Shown here in pieces: positions 26,901 through 38,633 of a stretch of DNA of 64,000 bases. Source of the DNA: Hypanus sabinus (Eukaryota). The stretch is taken from NCBI RefSeq assembly GCF_030144855.1, contig NC_082707.1, positions 39,122,001 to 39,186,000 of the forward strand, given 5' to 3'. Each line of letters opens with the position of its first letter. The first letter of the stretch is position 1. Under the pieces are notes generated by a model, which saw only the letters and a list, made by a program, of their open reading frames with translations, did no database searches and was not told where the DNA came from. The position numbers and the translations under genes are program-made.

Positions 26901-29900
26901 TTGGTGTATTGATAAGCCTATTTGCAAAGTCTGGTGTTCCAGAACACTTAATCAGTGATAATGGACCACTATTTGCGTGGGAACAGTTTCATGCATTCCT
27001 AAAAATGAATGGAATAAGACATATTACATCTGCACTGTACCATCAGCTACAAATAGCTTGGCGGAAAGGTTTGTCCAGTGTCTAAAGAAAGCACTGTGAG
27101 CAACGTCAGTAGAACACACGACACTAACACTGAAACAGAAGCTCACCAATTTCCTCCATGCATATCATAATGCAACACACTCCACAACCAACAACTCACC
27201 AGCTGTGCTGTGCCTGGGTCATCCCTTACGCTCACATTTGGATCTCCTCAAACCCAGTATCATAAGGAGTTTGCAGGACAAACAGTTGAAACAAACTGAA
27301 GACTCCTCAAACAAATAGGTTAAATGTTTCATTCTTTTGGACACGCAGTCCTGCTGAGGGACTACAGAAATTATCAAAACTGGGTACTTGGAAAAGTTAA
27401 GGACAGAACTGGACCACTCTACAAAGTGGAGATTGCATCTGATATCATCTGGAGATGACACATCAATCAATTGAGGAGACCAGTGTCAATTGTTAAAGAA
27501 GATATTTGGCTACCACCATCAGACCCACTTCCTGCAGTCCCAGAGTCAATTCCTACAACCACCATGGAGATGGCCCCAAAATCTGAGAATGTTTCACAGC
27601 CACAAGTCTCACCTGCCAAACAGAGTGCTACCCCTTGTCAGAAAAATCATTATCCAACAAGAGTAAGAAATCCACTGCACTGATTAAATCTTAAAGCTTA
27701 AGTGGGACGATTTAAAATTTACTGCACTGAAGATGTCTGTATATAGTAGTTGTATTGTGTAGTATATTCTGTACATTGGTGAGATACATTCTATATTGAG
27801 TTGGAGACCTTTGACCAGCCGCCAATCCAGACATCAGAAGCTTGGAGAGGAGGGGACTTCAATCAGGTCCACTGTCTGAGGATAAACGGCAGGAGCGGGT
27901 CACGGCTGCTTAATAGAGCTTTGACCAGCAACCAGTCAACATCTGGGATTGATTAGTAGGAGCAAATTAAAGTAAGTCAGGGGCAGGTGCAGCAGCCATC
28001 ATTGCAATGGACAGAGAGTGGTGATCTTAACTCTTTGAGGCTCCAATGAAGAGAGTCTTCATTCAGCCGATGCTTTTTCATTTTCTTCTTTATATCTTCT
28101 CTGCTCAGATGGTAGGGATGACAGGCAAGATAGTGAAATGCTCCTCTTGTAGGAAGGCAGGGAAACCTCCAGTATCCCTGACCACTACAGCTGTGACAAG
28201 TGCATCCAGCTGCATCTTCTAAAAAACCACATTAAGGAGTTGGAGCTGGAACTGGATGAACTGCAGATCATTTGGGAGGCTGAGGGGGTGATTGATAAGA
28301 CGTGTGGAGAGGTAGTTACACCCAAGGTGCAGGGCACAAGAAACTGGGTGACAGTCAGGAGGTGGAAAGGGGTTAAAGAACCAGTGCAGAGTACCCCTGT
28401 GGCCATCCCCCCTCATATCACCTTGGACACTGTTGGGGGGGGTGGGGTTGACCTAACAGAGGACGTTTGCATTGAGCAAGTCTCTGGCGCTGAGCCTGCC
28501 TCTGTGACTCAGAAGGAAAAGGCGGGTGAAGAGGCATGGCATGGTGACAGGGGATCCATTAGTAAGGGGAACATATAGGAGATTCTGTAGGCGAGAAAGA
28601 GATTCCCGGATGGTATGTTGCCTCCTGGGTGTCAGGGACATCTCAGATTGAGTCCTCAGCATTCTTAAGTGGGAGGGTGAACAGCCAGAAGTTGTGGTCC
28701 ATGTAGGTACCAATGACATGGATAGAATGAGGAGTGATGAGGTTCTGCATTGGAAGGTCTGGGAGTTGGGTGCTAAGTTAAAGGGCAGGACCTCCAAGGT
28801 TGTGATCTCAGTATTGCTACCCATGCCACATGCTGGTGAGGCCAGAACTGGGAGGATTATATCATTTAATACGTGGCCAAGGAGTTGGTGTAGGAGGGAG
28901 GGCATAAGCATTTTAGATCATTGAGCTCTCTTCTGGGAATGTGGAACCTGTACAGAAAGGACAGTTTGCACCTGAACTGGAAGGGGTCTAATGTCCTAGT
29001 GGGAAGGTTTGTCAATGCTGCATGGTGGGGTTCCAACTAGACATGCAGGGGGATGAGAACCAGAGTGCCAGAGCAATTAGTGGAGAGGCTGTGGAAGCAG
29101 ATGTTGGTAAGACTTCAGACAAAGTTAGGCATCAAAAGGTTGAGCTTGGTGTGACCAGTGTCCTGAGCTGCATGTATTTAAATACAAGAAGTATCGTAGT
29201 AAAGGCAGATAATAGTACTGAGGATGAGGTAGCTGGTTTACAAACAGAGGCAATGTGTAATGAGGAGAGGCTGTTGTTAGGGCAAAATTTCTGTTAACAG
29301 GATGAGTTACAACGTAAAAAGAGGGCAAAATTGAAAGGGGTGAATACAGGACTGAAAGTGTTGTATTTGAATGTGCTCAGTATATGGAATAAAGTGGATG
29401 AGCTTGCAGCACAGATACAGATTGGCTGGCATGATTTTGAAGGCATCACCAACCCATGGCTGAAAGAAGATTATAGCTGGGAGTTTAATATCCAAGAATA
29501 CACATTTTATCAAAAGGACAGACAGGAAGGCAGAGGAAGAGACGTTGCACTGTTAGTAAAAAATGAAATCAAGCAACAATGGTGTTGAATCATTGGGGAT
29601 AGAGCTAAGGAACTGCATGGATAAAAAGACCCTGATGGGAGTTGTATTATACCTAAACAGTGGTCAGGATGTGGTCTACAAATTACAAAGGGGGATAGAA
29701 AATGCATGCCAAAAAGGCAATGTTACCTCAGTCATTGGTGACTTCAATATGCAGGTAGGTTGGGAAAAATAGGTTGGTGCGAGATTCCATGAGGTAGAAC
29801 TTCTAGAGTGCCTTTGAGATGGCTTTGTAGAGCAGCTCGTGGTTGAGTGCACTAGAGGATCAGCTATTCTGGACTGGGTGTTGTGCAATGAAACAGAATT

Positions 29901-32900
29901 TATTAGAGAGCTTAATGTAAAAGAACCCTCAGGGTCAAGTGATCATAATACGATTGAATCCACCCTGAAATTTGACAAGGTGAAGCTACTAAAGTCAGTA
30001 TTGCAGTAGAGTAAAGGGAATTACAAAGGCAAGAGAAAGGAGCTACCAAAATTGATAGAAAAAGAACACTGGCAGGGATGATGACAGCGCAGCTATAGCT
30101 GGAATTTCAGGAAGCAATTCAGAAGGCACTGGATATGTACATTCTAAAGAGGAAGAAGTATTCTAAAGGAAAGATTACACAACCATGGCTAAAATGAGAA
30201 GGCAAAGCCAACGTAAAAGCCAAAGAGAGGGCATGTAACAGAGTAAAAGTTAGTGGGAAGGTAGAGGATTGGGAAGCTTTTAAAAACCAATAGAAGGCAA
30301 CTAAAAAGTCATTAAGAAGGCAAAAATGGAATGAAAGTAAGCTAGCGAATAATATTAAAGAGGGTACCAAAAGTTTCTCCAGATGCATAGAGTGCAAAAG
30401 AGAGGCGAGAGTTTATGTAGGACCGCTGGGTAATGATACTGGAGAGGTAGTAATAGGGACAAAGAAATGGCTGATGAATTGTAAAAGTATTTTGCATCAT
30501 TCTTCACAGTGGAAAATACAGGCAGTATGGTGGAAACTCCAGGTGTCAGGGGTCATAAAATGTCTGAAGTTACCATAGCCAGAGAGAAGGTTCTTGGGAA
30601 AATGAAAGGAATGAAGGTAGATAAGTCATATGGAGCAGATGGTGCATATCCCAAAGTTCTGAAAGAGATGGCTGAAGAGCTTTCAAGAATCACTAAATTC
30701 TGGAATGGTTCCAGAAGACTGGAAAATTGCAAATGTCACTCCACTCATCAAGAAGGGAGAGAGGAAGAAGAAAGGAAACTATAGGCCAGTTAGTCTGACC
30801 TCAGTGGTTGGGAAGATTATGGAGGTGATTATTAAGGATGATGTCTCATTGGAGGCACGTGATAAAATTGGCCACAGTCAGCATGGTTTCCTGAAGGGAG
30901 AATCTTGCCTGACAAACCTGTTGGAATTCTTTGAAGAAATAACAAGCAGGATAGACAAAGGAGAATCGACTGATGTTGTGTACTTGGATTTCCAGAAGGC
31001 CTTTGACAAGGTGCCACACGTGAGGCTGCTTAACAAGCTATACGCCCATGGTAATATAGGAAAGACAGTAATATGGATAAAGAAGGCTGCTTGGTAGGAG
31101 GCAAAGAGTGGGAATAAAGGGAGCCTTTTCTAACTGCCAGTGACTAGTGATGTTCCACAGGGGTCTGTGTTTGGACTGATTCTTTTTACAATGATTTGGA
31201 TGTCAATGACTTGGATGATGAAATTGATAGCTTTGTTGAAAAGTTTGCAGACTATATGAAGATAGATGGAGGGGCAGGGAGTTTTGAGAAAGTAGAGAGG
31301 CTACAGAAGGACTTAGACAGATTAGGAGAATGGGCAAAGAAGCACAGATAGAATACAGTGTTGGGAAGTGTACAGTCATGTTCATTGGTAGCAGAAATGA
31401 AAAGGTTGACTATCTTCTAACTGGAGAGAAAATACAAAAAAGTGAGGCACAAAGGGACTTAGGAGTCCTTGTGCAGGATTCCCTAAAGGTTAATTTGTAG
31501 GTTGAGTTTGTAGTGAGAAAGGCAAATGCAATGTTAGCATTCATTTCAAGAGGACTAGAATACAAAAGCAAGGATGTAATGTTGAGACTTTATAAAGCAC
31601 TGGTGAGGCCTCACTTGGAGTATTGTGAACAGTTTTGGGCCTCTTATCTTAGAAAGGATGTGCTGAAACTGAAGAGGTTCAAAGAAGCTTCACAAAAATG
31701 ATTCCAGGATTGAATGACTTGTCATATGAAAGCGTTTGATGGCTCTGGGCCTGTATTCGCTGGAATTCAGAAGAATGAGCAGTGACCTCATTGAAAGCTA
31801 TCGAATGCTGAAAGAGTGGATGAGGAGAGGATGTTTCCTATGGTGGGAGAGTTTAAGACCAGAGGACACAGCCTCAGAACAGAGGGTGTCCTTTTCGAAC
31901 AGAGATGAAGAGAAATTTCTTTAACCAGAGTGTGGTGAACGTATGGAATTCTTTGCTGTAGGCAGCTGTAGAGGCCAAGTCTTTATATATATTTAAGGCA
32001 AAAGTTGATCGATTCTTAATTGCTCAGGGCATGAAGGGATACAGGGAGAAGGCAGGGGATTGGGGCTGTGAGGAAAATTGGATTAGCCATGATGAAGTGG
32101 TGGAGGAGACTCAATGGGCCAAATGGCCTAATTCTGCTCCTATATCTTATAGTCTTATGGCCTTTGTAGCTCAGCAAGAAAGAGTATTGTGTATTTAATA
32201 TTTCAGTAATATTTGAGTAGTCTTGTATATCTCTGTACATATTGTTTGATTATTCATTCTTGTTCACTTAAATAATTCATTATGGGTTATATGTATACAG
32301 TATATATGTGGATTGCATATGTCTTGCTTAAAGTAAGCATTATATAAGACTCACATTTTAGCCACCTGTGTATTGCTTTGAATTAGTTTAATATTTTGAA
32401 ATTTCAAAAAATAGCATTTCAAGAATATCCAGGTATTTGTGAGAAATATGAGCAAATTCTTAGGACTTAGAATACATTACCAGAAGAGAATTGCATTGGA
32501 TTGAATTGCGCCTGGTAGGTATCTAATCTTTTTTCTGTATTGAGGAGAGTAAGCAGGGAAAGGGACCTTGTTGAATCGATCTGACATGAAGCTGGTACAG
32601 GCTTAATGGACTGAATGGCCTTTCTGCCTTGTAATCATTCTGTGATATTTAAGGAGCATTCCATTTTATAATTTTACCACAATTATGTTACTGAATGGAG
32701 TGAGTTATAAAAGAGGAGTAAAAGTGCAAATACCACTGACAAAAACAGTAGTCACATACCCAAGCTTTTCCAATTTACACTCTTCATTCTTCAGTGCCTC
32801 ACATAGTCGTTTCAGTCCCTCCTCACCTATTCTGTTGAAACTTATATCCAGCTCAGTCAGGGTCTTGTTCGTATTAAGCATAGAGGCGAGCTGTTCAGAG

Positions 32901-35900
32901 CAACTGGCAGTTAATTTATTATTACAGACCCTGGAAATAAAAGAAAACATATAAAATTATTGGAAATACTGACTGACATCAAAATACTACACCTGACAGC
33001 ACAACATTCAATTCAATGCATTTCAACTAGGAATTTCCTACAGTTGCAACTATCTGGAAGAAAGTTAGTTCAAATGATGTTTTGCTTCCAGACACTCTCT
33101 GCAGGGATCATTTCCACAAAAGCCAACGCTAGAAAATTGGTAAGAATCTGGGTGCAATCACATTTTTTGGTTTTCAATTTTCCAGGAGTTCTCAGAGGTT
33201 TACAAAATAAGCACAGATAGTAAAGGTGTTCAATTCATTTCAAAAATTTATTTTCACAACTACTTTTAAAAGAAAACAACATATCATTGTGAAATACCTG
33301 CTGAATAGAAATGGGAGGCAGAGCATGGATTTTTACAAGCATCTTACTTTTGCAGTAAATAAAGCTGTAAAGTATTTGTTTACCTCAGGATTTGCAGCGT
33401 ACAATTCTCTTTTGTTAGAGCATCACATAACAAGCTAACACCCTTGTCCTGTATATTATTATCACTCAAGTCCAAAAATGTTATGCTGTGGTTAGTTGTT
33501 AAGACTTCAACAAGTTGCTCACAACTTTTGTGAGTAAGATTATTTCCATCTAATCTATATAATAAAAACAAAGAAATTAGCCAGGAATATAAAGGAAATG
33601 CCATTAGATATAGCAGATATTTCCTTTCAGTATTGTCATCAACACTAAAAGTGACAATAAACCTCAGGGCATTGTCTGCAAAACTTCTTGCTTTCACTCT
33701 TCTGAAGGTTTGCATATTTTAATTATGAAAGGATCTATACATGCTGAGCCAGATTATTGTTTTATAAGCTAGCTTTGTAATTGGAAATATGCTCATCATA
33801 GTGGAAACAGCTTCCTTACTTCAGACTTTGCAGTTTGCAGTCCTGCCTTTTCATCACACCAGAGAGTATTTTCATCCCAGCATCCTTGATATTGGCTCCA
33901 GATAATCTAAATACAAACAGAAATAAAAAAGGACATGTTTCAAAATTACACCTCATTTCATAAAATCTGAAAATTGCCTTCATGTCACTATTTTCAAGTC
34001 CTGTCGTATCATTTAATATATGTGATCTTGATGACATCACTGTCAGCATCTCAATTTTTCTTTCACCGATATTCCTAGGTTTTTACATTGCCTGCAACCC
34101 ATTATAAGAGCAGAAAGCTTTAAACTTGGCTTTATTCCTACAGACTCTTGGAAAATATACGGGATAGAAACAGGGGTTGTCCATTTATTCCCTTACGTCT
34201 TTTCTGCCATTCATTCTCTGACATCTATGTCATGTTCCAGCACTGGTCTAATATCGCTGATTTACTTAATTTTTAAACATTTATTCTGTCTTCAAAACAC
34301 TAGGTGGCAAAGCCTTCACGGTGTTTTGGACCAGTGAAATGCATGGACTCACCATCCTGTGGGGAATAACTCACATGGGAGCTCAACAGGACCTGAAAGG
34401 GACAAACACGATACAGCTGAAGCAGGTGTGAAAAGAGCTTGAAAGGAACACCCAGACTTCAAGTGGACCTGAAAGGGTGAAAGGTCTGATGGAGCTCGGA
34501 TAGTCTGGAATAGTGGTGGCTGGGTGGAACTCAAGCAGACTTCAAAGCTGAGCTGAGGCAGACATGAGGGTTTTAATGGTCGGATGGGGCTCACGGGGAC
34601 TGGGAATAACAGCACGGTGGAGATCAGGTGTATAGGAAAGTCGACAGCGTTGAACAAACCTAGTGCAAGGGTGGTCAGAGTGTGAATAAATAACCTTTGT
34701 GTGGAAAACACAAGGTGTACAGAAATGGTAAGCGGAAAAGCCTGCTTCCAGATGTACGATTCCGGCTCGTTTGGATTTCCCAATCTTTATGTAGACTATT
34801 AAGCTCGTGAATATTTCACTACCCTCATCACAAGTACCTTTCATATTCTGCTCAGTAGCAAGAATCCCGTGAATTTTCACTGCAAGCTGACAGAAAGGTT
34901 GAAACTTAGGCCAATGCATATAATTGCCGAGAATAATTCCTACCTGGAATTTATTTCAATATTTTGAAATCACATCAAAAGAATAATTGAGTTATAAATG
35001 GATGAAAGGCAGAAGAAACTGGGCTTTTGTTGACATACAATACTGTTCTGGGCAAGTACCAAATTAAACCTGAGAGTGTTTGATGTAATTTTTTTGACAT
35101 AATTGTACTAAAATAAATGATGGATTATGATGGAGATACATACAGTGAGGGTCACTGGGATTTTGTTCTACAGCAGATCAATATATCTCCGAACACCTGA
35201 CAGGAGTTGTATCCAGAGGCAGGAATTCAACTGCTCAGCAGAAGAGTTAACATGGTCTTTGCTCCCTGTCACTGACAATGCTCGCGTTTGTGTTTCCAGG
35301 ATTGTCCTGAAATTTCCAAATATTAAAGGGATTTTCTGAACAGTGTCACAAGGGAACCTAGAAGAAAACTGAGATCCTAAACGTTGTGTCTTATTTTAAT
35401 TTCTATGATAATCTACCTTCATTGGTTATAAAGAAATTCAAGATGGCATTGGAGGCTTTTTAATTTTAGGAGCCAGATGAATTTTAATGAAGCTGCATTG
35501 AAATGTGAAGTCATATTTGGGAACATAGTTGGCAGTGTTCAAACTAGTCATTTAGTCTTTTGTAAGTTATGCTTGGATTCTTGGTGGATACCGATGGAAT
35601 AGTGCTTGGAGTAAAGTACAAGGTAAATGTTCATTAAACTGTTGTAACATCTACTGTACTTTAAACAGGCAGAAGCAGTTGGAGCCACAGTACAAATGAT
35701 GATATTGTGAATTGCAAACTGAGCTCACAGCATGACAAAAAGTAGGAGAATCTGCCTGACTCTGGAAGATGACAATACAAAATACACAAAACCAGATACT
35801 CACTTTATCCCACTAAAATAATTTGCAATGAGAAGCAGTCTCTGTATGCCAATAGATGGCAGTTTATATACAGAGAGATCCAATTCTTGGTAGTTCTCTT

Positions 35901-38633
35901 CTGACATCTGCAACACAAAAGCCAGTTTAGCACATTGAGCTGGTGTCAGAGAACCAGATTTAAAGGTTCCAGTCTTGAAAGCAGCCTTTATATCATCAAA
36001 GGCAGTGATGTCATTTAATTCATATAGGCAATGCAAAATGTTGATGGTTTGCTCAGGAGGAATGTTTCTCTGCAAAGTCTTTTTCAAGAACTTAGCAATT
36101 TTCGGTGAGTCGTCTTTAGCTGCGTCGACTGCCACAAGCCCTCTTAAAAACTCCTGACTTTTTTGTGTTCCTAGTCCACAAAGGAACCTGAGAAAAAATT
36201 CTTGACATCCTTTCTTAACTGCACTCTCACAGGCCTCTTTGCATATCAGGGAGTAACTGAGCTTTTCATACAACTTGAGTTTTTTTCCAAAAGCATTCTT
36301 TTTATGGTTGTGATAAGAAAGGAAGACATACAAGGCTGCAAAGTACTCCTGGACTACCAAATGGACAAAGGAATAGTTGGTTTGTTCATTTTCCCCAGCA
36401 ATCTCTTTACAAAGGCCGCCACAAACAAATGCGATGTCAATTCCATTATCTTCCAAATCCTTTTGACTAAATAAGACTGTCTGGGTAACATCTTTGGAGC
36501 TCATTTCAAAAGCCAGCTTCCCTAATGCAAAGACCGAGTTTTGCTTTGACTGCAGAATTTTAGTCCGTTCACTGCCTTTTGCTTGTTCGTTTTTCCCCTG
36601 CTGGTATATAATCAGATAAACTAGGAATTGGGAATAGACGTCTGTAAGCGTTTGGGGTATCTCATCCATTCCTGCGGATTTCAACACAGCTTCCAAAACA
36701 GCAAACAGAGTGCAACAAAAAGCAGGGACTAGGCACATGAAGAAGAGGCTCCGCTGTTTCTTCACAACCTGGATAATTCGCTCCACCAGTTGATCATCTT
36801 TGCATCGCATACGGAAGTAGGCTTCCTTTTCTGGGTCTTGGAAGCCCTTGATTTCAGTCATCCTGGTTATGAGGCTTTCGGGTATGGCATTTCCAGCCCG
36901 GGTTGTTATCCAAATAGTAGCCGAAGGAACAAGTTGCCCTTTGATGAGATTAATGAGTAAAGTAGCAGGTGTGACAGCCATGTTCACATCTCGACATACC
37001 ATGCATTTGTTAAAGTCTAATTCCAGTTCACCGTCCGATAGGCCATCAATAATAAACATGGACTGGATTGATTCATTTGCCAAAATACTTTCACAGTTCT
37101 CTATATGTGGGTAATGCTGTTTGACAAGGTCAGGTAGACTGATTTCTTTTTTCATTGTGGACAATAAACTAAGCTCGCGGAAGGAAAACCTGAAGATGAA
37201 ATCATATTTGCACAATGCAGCTCCTGTGGCCCAGTCGCAGATGAGTTTTTGCACAAGAACTGATTTTCCAATCCCAGCTATACCCCTTGTAACTACAGTC
37301 ATGGGGGCTTTGGGCCGGTCAGCTGATGGCTCAAACAGGCGATCAAGTTCAATAAAGTTCTGTGAAGCCTCATCGGGCCGATCGGATTCGTTCATATCCA
37401 CCTCAACGATGCTCACTTTGACAAATCGCTGGCACAGCGGGACTGAGCTTCCGCCCTTCTTCCCATATTCTACCATGTACTGAAACCACTCTCTTGATTT
37501 ATTTTTGTGGATCTCTTTGAGATTTTGTAAATCAGCCTCTATGATGGAAAGTAAAAGTAGAGGTTAAAAAGAAAGACTTTTTAGATCAATGTCATTGAGT
37601 CTCTCAGGCTTAATTGGTTAAACTGCAAATTAAAAAAACAGTATCCAGGAAGATGGATTCCATTTAATTATCTCAATTTTATTTAAAAATGAAGAAAACA
37701 AGCACTTTGCAAATGAAATTCGACCCAATCGGATACGGGGAAAATGAACAGGCTGGAGGCTGCAAAAATAGATGGAAACATGATCATAAATTAAAAGACA
37801 GAGAATTGGGGTACTATGGACGAGTGATATTTTGACAAGAGCAGGGATGGAATTGGATGCAGGAAGTGGAGCTGTGGCTGAAATCCATTTTGCATAGGTG
37901 AGGCTGAGGAAGAAAGTGGGGACGTTACAGGTGATACCAAAGGTACAAATAAAATTTTAGTAGCAAAGACTTTGAGGTGGGTGTAGAGGTGGGCATTTTA
38001 TATGAAAGTGGAGAGAAATAAACTTGGAGTTAGTATGAAAAAACTAACAGGAAGGAATAAGATCCAAACTAAGAGAAATAACATACTTACATCATAGCTC
38101 TGAATCTCTGTATTTGTACTTACCTGTTAGTGGTTTTCCTGGGACACCTGAAAATTTAAATAATATCATGAATAATTTATCCAAAAATATTAATATTCTA
38201 ATTGTACACTAAGCACTTGTGATGATAATTAACATGATTACCTCCATAGTAGTTAACAATTGTCTTGTTGTCCATGGAAACTGACACAGGTCCAGAGATA
38301 TGATCACTTTGAATATTGGGTGCAAACAGTTTTCCATCGCCACTGACATTCTGATGAGTCGCAATGTTTTTGCCTTAAAGATAATAACAATTTAAAATAA
38401 TAGATTATCTCATTACAACATGTTTTATTCTCAAGCAAACTGCATTTTAATTAATTGCTTGCAGTTATACTAGTTTTCTATAGTTGCCCCCAAAAGCACA
38501 TTTTCCAACGATATTTTCAGAAGTACCTTCTTGTGCCCTGTTCCATTATGGGGCCCAAATACATTTATTAGTTAATATGCAAAATTATTTTGTTACAAAC
38601 AAATATATTAAACTTTGACTTACCTGTTGCCAT
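17807..38633 (-). CDS. NLR family protein (NLRC3-like; FISNA-like, NACHT, WHD/HD2, LRR), 11 coding exons, about 972 aa, no recognisable N-terminal effector domain
   Basis: Coding exons (-): 38624-38633, 38124-38147, 35804-37538, 33820-33906, 33384-33554, 32760-32930, 22145-22261, 21716-21886, 21118-21282, 19708-19869, 17807-17912. Total 2919 nt (divisible by 3), all GT-AG, phases 1,1 then 2 throughout. Motifs: Walker A GIAGIGKS, Walker B MFIIDGLSD, sensor-1 IWITTR, MCLVPAFC, WHD SFVHLVVQEYFAA, HD2 FLRFLCGL and INILHCLYEL, LRR repeats LxxLDLSxNxLxxxG. Confidence 0.9.
18991..19212 (+). mobile_element. Solo LTR in the last NLR intron
   Basis: TG...CA termini, TATAAA at about 19074, AATAAA at about 19162, perfect 5-bp TSD TAGAG (18986-18990, 19213-19217). 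Confidence 0.88.
19708..19869 (-). CDS. NLR LRR exon (162 nt)
   Basis: ttttttcag|G CTA TCA ... ATA AG|gtaaag; SLLHLDLSYNKFTDKSI. Confidence 0.9.
20697..20865. mobile_element. Old fold-back Penelope-derived mini-element
   Basis: Diverged inverted arms ACACAAAAAAGCTGGAAGAACTCTGCAGGTCA / TGACCTGCTGAATTTCTTTGGCTTTTGTGT. Confidence 0.6.
21118..21282 (-). CDS. NLR LRR exon (165 nt)
   Basis: ttccatag|G GTG GTG ... CTG GG|gtatgt; TLMELDLSMNELGDNGL. Confidence 0.92.
21716..21886 (-). CDS. NLR LRR exon (171 nt)
   Basis: tcttaaag|G TTG GCG ... CTG AA|gtatct; SLKELDLSSNSLQNEGMTALCEIL. Confidence 0.92.
21966..22126. other. Assembly gap (161 N) inside an NLR LRR intron
   Basis: Run of N. Confidence 1.
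22145..22261 (-). CDS. NLR atypical LRR exon (117 nt), not in the ORF track
   Basis: ttctgtttag|G TTG AAT ... TTG GG|gtaaat; LNSIFAFEFGIMGTYEDAPGAENLYDLLQDKNCTLQSL ends in the same NCxLQxL motif as the other LRR exons; phase 2-2. Confidence 0.8.
22895..24600 (-). mobile_element. Degraded CR1 LINE
   Basis: CR1 tail near 22895; DKSLGPDELHLRVLKEVAEE at 24144-24350. Confidence 0.85.
23340..23562. mobile_element. Fold-back Penelope-derived mini-element with two back-to-back degenerate hammerhead cores
   Basis: Centre ...CTGAGACCCCTCATCAATCCTGATGAAGATTCTCAGCCC...; inverted arms; imperfect TSD ATATTTTAACCA / ATACCTTAACCA within CR1. Confidence 0.8.
24620..32416 (+). mobile_element. Decayed Gypsy LTR retrotransposon (gag-pol 24620-27700; 3' LTR about 32184-32416), split by a CR1
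   Basis: RT ICGDFKVT...DQYPLPRIKDIFA; RNase H ACDA...DREALSLVCGVKHF...TDHQPL; integrase SDNGP and AERFVQ remnants; purine tract at about 32174-32183 before an AT-rich LTR. Confidence 0.88.
27814..32160 (+). mobile_element. Near full-length degraded CR1 LINE (ORF1 zinc finger/leucine zipper/esterase; ORF2 APE and RT)
   Basis: ELELELDELQII, VVHVGTND, LYLNVLSIWNK, IGDFN, QHGFLKGESCLTNL, DFQKAFDKVPH; flanked by CCTTTG direct repeats (27808-27813, 32161-32166). Confidence 0.92.
32760..32930 (-). CDS. NLR LRR exon (171 nt)
   Basis: ttccag|G GTC TGT ... CTT GG|gtatgt; ELDISFNRIGEEGLKRLCEALKNEECKLEKL. Confidence 0.93.
33384..33554 (-). CDS. NLR LRR exon (171 nt)
   Basis: tatag|A TTA GAT ... CTG AG|gtaaac; LDGNNLTHKSCEQL...FLDLSDNNIQDKGVSLLCDAL; canonical 171-nt two-LRR exon. 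Confidence 0.93.
33820..33906 (-). CDS. NLR LRR exon (87 nt)
   Basis: tttgtatttag|A TTA TCT ... CTG AA|gtaagg; encodes LSGANIKDAGMKILSGVMKRQDCKLQSL. Confidence 0.9.
35804..37538 (-). CDS. NLR large NACHT exon (FISNA-like segment, NACHT, WHD, HD2, first LRR)
   Basis: Contains the 558-aa ORF 35800..37476 extended 5' to acceptor ctttccatcatag|AGGCT; donor ATAAA|gtgagt at 35803. A single large NACHT exon is typical of vertebrate NLRs. Confidence 0.95.
38124..38147 (-). CDS. NLR coding exon 2, 24-nt microexon (G-V-P-G-K-P-L-T)
   Basis: tttaaattttcag|GTGTCCCAGGAAAACCACTAACAG|gtaagt; phase 1-1 matches both neighbouring exons. Confidence 0.65.
38624..38633 (-). CDS. NLR coding exon 1 (ATG GCA ACA G) within a 61-nt exon at 38624-38684
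   Basis: On the minus strand: polypyrimidine acceptor ...ttctttcag|GAATTT, Kozak context GGCACCATGG, donor AG|gtaagt. An in-frame TAA lies 27 nt upstream of the ATG in the same exon. Confidence 0.7.

Noticed and set aside
35975-37483. Plus-strand ORFs overlapping the NACHT exon
   Set aside because: Antisense shadows of the real coding frame.
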